From Aureitalea marina (GTDB lineage: Bacteria; Bacteroidota; Bacteroidia; Flavobacteriales; Flavobacteriaceae), in contig NZ_MQUB01000001.1 in NCBI RefSeq assembly GCF_002943755.1, positions 2,767,653 through 2,831,652 on the forward strand: 64,000 nt of DNA, read 5' to 3'. The stretch's first letter is position 1; each line of letters opens with the position of its first letter. The translations under genes and the position numbers were made by a program. This document shows positions 59,111-64,000 of this stretch, in pieces. Under the pieces are notes generated by a model. That model did no database searches. It was not told where the DNA came from and saw nothing but the letters and a program-made list of their open reading frames with translations.

Positions 59111-59821
59111 CTAGTTTCTCACGCTCCAAATCTCGTACATCGGATCTCCCTTACTGGAGTAACCCGAATGATGCCAGGCGCCATCTACCAACTCATAATT
59201 GAATTCCAGGCCCATGCCAACACGTGAGTCGTCTCGGGAGAAGAATTCAATATTTTCAGTGTACTTGCCGTCAACTGTGGTGTAAGTGCCACCTCCCGTG
59301 CCCATGAACTGCTTGGTTTCCGTATTGTAGGCGATCCATTGAAAGCGCGTTCCGGAGAGGATCTTCATGGTCTTTCTGGGGCGGTTTGTATCCCGGGATT
59401 GGATCTCCCCGTTGCGTTTTCGGCCGGACATTAACCAGGCTCCCTGCAAGGCTCCTGGAGCTCCATCATCAATACGGATCAAGACCATTTCACGGCCTAC
59501 TATCCCCATTTTGTTGTCGTCCATGGTGATTTCAAAGCTTACGGTTTGACCTACCATCTCAGGATTATCGGTGTGAAACTCGACGGTCTCGCTCATGGTA
59601 TCCCCTTCCAGGCTCCAAGTACCTCCATTGGTGGAGATGAATTTACCAGAATCAGCCTCATACCAAGTAGCTACTTGGTAGCCATCCGCAAAAATAACTA
59701 CAGTTCTCACTTTTTGGCCGGCGTCGTTGGTCGAAATACCTTCCCAGGCACCTATTGGAGATTGGGCATTGACCGTACATATAATAGTATATAGGAGTAG
59801 CGAAAAGAACAGTTTCTTCAT
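59111..59821 (-). CDS. Secreted protein made of two tandem ~110-aa lipocalin-like repeats (unknown function)
   Basis: Signal peptide. Repeats share GAWEG/GAWLM ... G(G)TW/GTYT ... E(F/N)(H/I) pattern. Confidence 0.4.
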   Translation of the reverse strand: MKKLFFSLLLYTIICTVNAQSPIGAWEGISTNDAGQKVRTVVIFADGYQVATWYEADSGKFISTNGGTWSLEGDTMSETVEFHTDNPEMVGQTVSFEITMDDNKMGIVGREMVLIRIDDGAPGALQGAWLMSGRKRNGEIQSRDTNRPRKTMKILSGTRFQWIAYNTETKQFMGTGGGTYTTVDGKYTENIEFFSRDDSRVGMGLEFNYELVDGAWHHSGYSSKGDPMYEIWSVRN

Positions 59822-59933
59822 GATACGGAAATTAGTCATCTTAAAGATAATCATATCGCCTACACCATGAAAGTCGGTTGATCTTGTTCAAAGAAGTAAT
59901 GGGGTGACCTAAGGCAATCCCAGTGCAGGTTAC

Positions 59934-61457
59934 TTAGTTTTTTCGGAGAATAGTCAATTCGTCAAAATCCACATCAAGCAAATTGTCCTGATCCAGGCTA
60001 AAGCCGGTGATGTTCATCTCAGAGTCGAAATTGAAGGTCAGGAAACCATCCGGCACTCTAATGTCTTCCCAATCTATTTTAAAGGTGTCGTAATGCCAGT
60101 GGCTTAGTTTGCCTGTAAATAGTGGTGTTCGGGAAAAGGATAGCTCCAATTCTCCAGATTGAAGTTGATTGATGCTAATGTCACCGTACATGCGATCGTG
60201 ATAGTGCCCTGCATAATCTTGGACTGATAAAGAAGGCCGAGTGTTGGGCTTAGGTTTTAGATTGGCTGCCTCTTCTCTCAAACGATCGAAACGATTGGCG
60301 CGAAACTCCAGACCTCTTTGGTAAAAATCGAAGGCGGGATCGTCCATGATCCATTCCATCAGTTTAGCCTTGATCAGGAAGGAGGCTGGTTCTTTGGAAA
60401 CGTTGGTCAGGATGACCACTCCGAGATTCATATCCTCTATCATAAAGAGTTGGGCAGACATCCCATCGATACCTCCACTGTGCTCAATGATCTTATGGCC
60501 TTTATGCGGGGTCACCCACCAACCCAAGCCATAGGAAGAGAACTCGTTTCCGAATGGTTTTCCAGAGATCTGATATAAAAACTGGGGTTTGAAGATCTCC
60601 TCAAGGATATTTTCACCTACTAAACTGTCGTTTTGAAATACCCCGCGATTGAGTAATAAGCGCATATAATTGTTCATATCCTTGGCCGAGGAATAAATAA
60701 ATCCTCCCGGTGCCAGGTTGTCGCCTTTCTCTTGTACGATGGCCACTTTTTTGAAGTCTTCATCCCAGATGTGGGGTTGTGCCAGGTTGTTATTTGCCTC
60801 CCTGTCTGCTGCAAGAGAAGTTGTTTGATCCATTTTAAGTGGGTCCAGTACTCTCGTTTGAAGGAATTTGTCCCAGGACATACCGCTTACTTCCTTCACG
60901 ATCTCTGATGCCACAACAAACATCACATTCTGATAGGCTGGTTTTTCGCGGAATCCTGATTCCGGTTCCAGGTATTTTAGCCCTTTGATCAATTCTACTC
61001 GGTCCAGATCCGAATGATACCAGAGACTGCCTCCGCTTACTTCGGGTAGACCGCTTCTATGCGTCAATAAGTCCCTGATGGTCATATTGTTGGAGACGTA
61101 TGGGTCATAAAGTTCAAAATAGGGGAGGTAGTCTACCACCCGATCATCCCAATCGATCTTGCCCTCTTCTACCAGCATTCCAAGGGTTAACACAGTAAAT
61201 GATTTGGAGATGGACCCGATCCCAAAAGTGGTTTCCTTGCTCACAGCAGCTGACTTCCCAATTTCACGTTCACCGAATCCCTTGGCATAGATCACAGTAT
61301 CGTTACGGACTATCCCAACAGAAAGACCCACCACTTCGAAGTCTTGCCGAACCTTTTCTAAAAAGTTGTCTAATGAGTCCAGGTGGATCTCCTGGGCTTG
61401 AAGTGGAGCTAGAAGAAATGAAAAGAGGAATGCAAAATAACTAATGGACTGTCTCAT
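59934..61457 (-). CDS. Secreted serine hydrolase, beta-lactamase/penicillin-binding-protein-like family, with an extra C-terminal beta-rich domain
   Basis: Signal peptide. SxxK motif (SISKSF). YxN-like and HxG elements. 507 aa. Confidence 0.7.
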   Translation of the reverse strand: MRQSISYFAFLFSFLLAPLQAQEIHLDSLDNFLEKVRQDFEVVGLSVGIVRNDTVIYAKGFGEREIGKSAAVSKETTFGIGSISKSFTVLTLGMLVEEGKIDWDDRVVDYLPYFELYDPYVSNNMTIRDLLTHRSGLPEVSGGSLWYHSDLDRVELIKGLKYLEPESGFREKPAYQNVMFVVASEIVKEVSGMSWDKFLQTRVLDPLKMDQTTSLAADREANNNLAQPHIWDEDFKKVAIVQEKGDNLAPGGFIYSSAKDMNNYMRLLLNRGVFQNDSLVGENILEEIFKPQFLYQISGKPFGNEFSSYGLGWWVTPHKGHKIIEHSGGIDGMSAQLFMIEDMNLGVVILTNVSKEPASFLIKAKLMEWIMDDPAFDFYQRGLEFRANRFDRLREEAANLKPKPNTRPSLSVQDYAGHYHDRMYGDISINQLQSGELELSFSRTPLFTGKLSHWHYDTFKIDWEDIRVPDGFLTFNFDSEMNITGFSLDQDNLLDVDFDELTILRKN

Positions 61458-61544
61458 TGTTTGGCTGTTTTGTTCTAGGACGTAGAATATAGGAATTCGT
61501 TACTACAGATCAACGAATATGGAGAGCACAATTCGGTTATTCTT

Positions 61545-62222
61545 CTAACGTTCGGTAGCCAGTTTATCAGGATTGCTATATGAGTAGTGGCTCTGGGCAA
61601 ATTTTTCCGGTTCCATCAGGAAATAAGAGTCATCGTATTCAAATACAAAGAGGTGATTGGTCTCATCAAAATAACCGGCAGACCAGGTGGCATCGCAGAG
61701 ATACCATTTTCCGTTTAGTCTTACCCTGTTCCAGGAATGGTTGGCCATACCGATCGGTCTTTTTTTTAGTCCATCTGATCGGCCAAAGCCATTGACGATC
61801 TCGCTCTCTATTCCAGCTAATCTGCTCATGGCTTGTATCAAGAATGCGTAGCCCGTGCAGAGCGTCTCTTTCCGGTCTTTGAGGATTGAAAAGATCTCCT
61901 TTCGAACTTGAGAATTCCAAACCTCTAATCCAGCGCCATCCTCTTGCAAACGCTTCCGTTTTCTGATGTTCATTTGAGTCATGGCATAGTCCCCTTTAAT
62001 ATTGTGACACACCCAAAGGTAAATGGCCCGGAACCGCTCCACGTCCGTATTTAGGGTTGCCGTCAGATTTTGGACAAGTATGGGCAAATGGTCAAGCTCT
62101 TCGCCTTGGAACTGTCTGGCTCGGTTTTCAGCCGGCCTGAGATTGATATGATCAAAATCGGCCGGTTGAGCCAGAACTGGACTAGCCAGGACGAAGAGCA
62201 AAAGGAGATTAAATGACCTCAT
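61545..62222 (-). CDS. Secreted transglutaminase-like cysteine-protease-superfamily protein
   Basis: Putative Cys-His-Asp triad context (CTGYAFL ... HSWNRV ... CDATW). Signal peptide. Confidence 0.55.
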   Translation of the reverse strand: MRSFNLLLLFVLASPVLAQPADFDHINLRPAENRARQFQGEELDHLPILVQNLTATLNTDVERFRAIYLWVCHNIKGDYAMTQMNIRKRKRLQEDGAGLEVWNSQVRKEIFSILKDRKETLCTGYAFLIQAMSRLAGIESEIVNGFGRSDGLKKRPIGMANHSWNRVRLNGKWYLCDATWSAGYFDETNHLFVFEYDDSYFLMEPEKFAQSHYSYSNPDKLATER

Positions 62223-62231
62223 TCCTTACAG

Positions 62232-62642
62232 TCATTCATTCTTCATGCCATCTTCTCCCTTAGAGGATGAGGTCCTTAAAGCTCCCACGATAACAACCTC
62301 TATATCTTCCAGTATGGGTTCGATATGCGAAGTATCTCCTTTGATGACCACTTCCTTGTCGTAATAACCCAGGGAGGTGATCACCAAGATGTCATTTTGT
62401 TTGAGGGTCTGCGGGAAGGTAAAGAAGCCGTCATCATCTGAGGAGGCCCAGATTGAAGTTCCTTTTAAGATGATGGATGCCCCGGATACAGGACCATCCA
62501 TACTCTGGATTCTTCCGCTTACTTCCCGGTCCGTATTTTGTGCCAACATCGGACTTACCATCAGACCAAATAAAAAGATCAGTGCAGTAAGAATTACTCG
62601 TTTTTCAAACGCCTTCTTTTTTGAGTTAATGTGTGTTTTCAT
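62232..62642 (-). CDS. Small anchored protein with a carboxypeptidase-regulatory-like (CarboxypepD_reg) beta-sandwich domain
   Basis: N-terminal TM/signal. VSGRIQSMDGPVSGASIILKGTSIWASSDDDGFFTF pattern. 9 nt upstream of the transglutaminase-like gene. Confidence 0.45.
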   Translation of the reverse strand: MKTHINSKKKAFEKRVILTALIFLFGLMVSPMLAQNTDREVSGRIQSMDGPVSGASIILKGTSIWASSDDDGFFTFPQTLKQNDILVITSLGYYDKEVVIKGDTSHIEPILEDIEVVIVGALRTSSSKGEDGMKNE

Positions 62643-62754
62643 AATAAAAATGGTTTTGATTCACTCAAACCTAGACCTAATGATCAAGTCATAAAAGGTA
62701 GAATGAGTCAAGTGGTCGATCCGTTGAGGGAAAAGCGAATCCGGTTCTTGGAGT

Positions 62755-63996
62755 CTATTTCAAATACTCGATACTCCGGATACTGATATTTTGCGCTTTG
62801 TTATCAAAGACAAAACTGGCTACCACAAATAGGCGACTCAGGTCTGCCGTTTCAAATTTGGATAAGGGAATGTCGTAGGTCTTCCACTCGGTACTGATAG
62901 AGATAGGCACCTTGGTTTCAGAACCATCGTCCGGATCAGTATCGTCCTTGATGGCCACTTGTATGGTCTCTCCTTCCACACTGCCTTTTACTTCCAACCT
63001 CAGCGTCTCGTAACCGGAGAAATCCTTGGTTAGTTTATCTTCAAGGACCTTGGAGGGATTCCTATAATAGACGGTAGCCCATGGTATTGGCGGTACATAA
63101 AGATCGATCTGGTTCAGTTGATTAACAATGGAAAAGGGAAAATCATTGTATGAGGCATATCCTATTTCGAAGAATTCAACATTGGCGGCACCATTGGTTA
63201 TTACTTTGGAATAACCAATATCACTGCTTGGATCAAAAATAGCGTCCAGATTGTCTCTGCTTATATCGTCAAATTGCTTCAAATTTTGCTCTACCATTCT
63301 GACGATCTCCCGGCCATTGATCATCAGGTTGTCATAATACATGACCAGTTCCGGGCAGGAGGAATATGCATTGTTGAACAGATTAATGGCAGTAGGATGG
63401 AAGAGTATTTCCCGGAAACCATCCTGCAGGGTGTCCAACTGAGTTTGACCGTCTATGTAATTCGGGAAATTTAAATAGATCATATAATCAAACTCCTGAT
63501 CGATGAAGTCGCCACCGGCTTCACGGATATTCTGATTATAGTCTTTTTCTTTGATCTCGATCTCTTCAACCAGGTTGTAATAGCGGTAGATGAGGTTTTC
63601 CAGATCCTGACCCTGAAGTTTACTAAGATAGCCCGAGTTCTTAATGGATTCGAAGCCACTGTCGTCCGTATTCAGGTAGCTGATGTCTGTTGAGGTAGTC
63701 AGGGTTTCGGAGGCAAATTTGATATCCCGAATGGTAAAATCCCTGATGAATCCCAGAAATCCGGTCATATGCGGTATCCGGCTACTGGCATCAATGCGTT
63801 TTTGTTTGAGATACTCGATCTTCTTGAGATCCGATTGAATATTATTGGAGATACTGGTCAAGTAACCTTGTAAAGCGGTTTCTTCAATCTTTCCCTGATT
63901 CCAATTGTTGATCTGCAGGGCAATCAGTATCCCAATGACTACCAGAATGATCTCCCCAATGGCATAGACCATGTATTTACGGAAGTGGTTGCTCAT
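62755..63996 (-). CDS. Single-pass membrane-anchored protein with a coiled-coil segment and a C-terminal beta-rich (possibly carbohydrate-binding-like) domain
   Basis: N-terminal TM (YMVYAIGEIILVVIGILIALQI). No recognisable catalytic motif. Confidence 0.35.
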   Translation of the reverse strand: MSNHFRKYMVYAIGEIILVVIGILIALQINNWNQGKIEETALQGYLTSISNNIQSDLKKIEYLKQKRIDASSRIPHMTGFLGFIRDFTIRDIKFASETLTTSTDISYLNTDDSGFESIKNSGYLSKLQGQDLENLIYRYYNLVEEIEIKEKDYNQNIREAGGDFIDQEFDYMIYLNFPNYIDGQTQLDTLQDGFREILFHPTAINLFNNAYSSCPELVMYYDNLMINGREIVRMVEQNLKQFDDISRDNLDAIFDPSSDIGYSKVITNGAANVEFFEIGYASYNDFPFSIVNQLNQIDLYVPPIPWATVYYRNPSKVLEDKLTKDFSGYETLRLEVKGSVEGETIQVAIKDDTDPDDGSETKVPISISTEWKTYDIPLSKFETADLSRLFVVASFVFDNKAQNISIRSIEYLK

Positions 63997-64000
63997 TAAA

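Overview
This looks like a chromosomal segment from a Bacteroidota, most likely a Flavobacteriia member. The evidence is T9SS C-terminal sorting domains, the gliding-motility genes gldE-gldD next to mutY-ssb, TAnnTTTG-type -7 promoter boxes, an extended L21, and mid GC content. Most of the window is conserved housekeeping: glyQS, xth, radA, panCD, glmS, atpDC, a biotin cluster, recX, rng, hup, mutY, ssb, rplU-rpmA. Between these sit several accessory or less usual loci. (1) Two tandem paralogous T9SS cargo proteins at 2.1-7.5 kb share an unassigned ~480-aa N-terminal domain, and the larger one also carries 2x CARDB and a GEVED domain. (2) Next to them is a ~1120-aa outer-membrane beta-barrel gene that is split by a 1-nt frameshift in a C5 homopolymer. 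(3) The biotin cluster is non-canonical. bioF is translationally coupled to a membrane LytTR protein. It is followed by an S41 peptidase, bioD-bioA, a FabF-like beta-ketoacyl synthase, an NfeD-flotillin pair and then bioB. No bioC, bioH or bioG is in the window. (4) A long minus-strand gene string runs 6TM+Reg_prop beta-propeller protein, HlyD adaptor, FUSC/DUF2955-like membrane protein, TolC/NodT OMF, beta-lactamase-family hydrolase. (5) A NrtR-like Nudix regulator lies divergent to a GH3 beta-glucosidase, with a perfect 23-bp palindrome between them. I found no CRISPR array, tRNA or rRNA gene, transposase or integrase. Gene identities come from my own reading of the translated ORFs and are unverified by any search. 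Coordinates of regulatory elements were counted by hand and may be off by a few nt.
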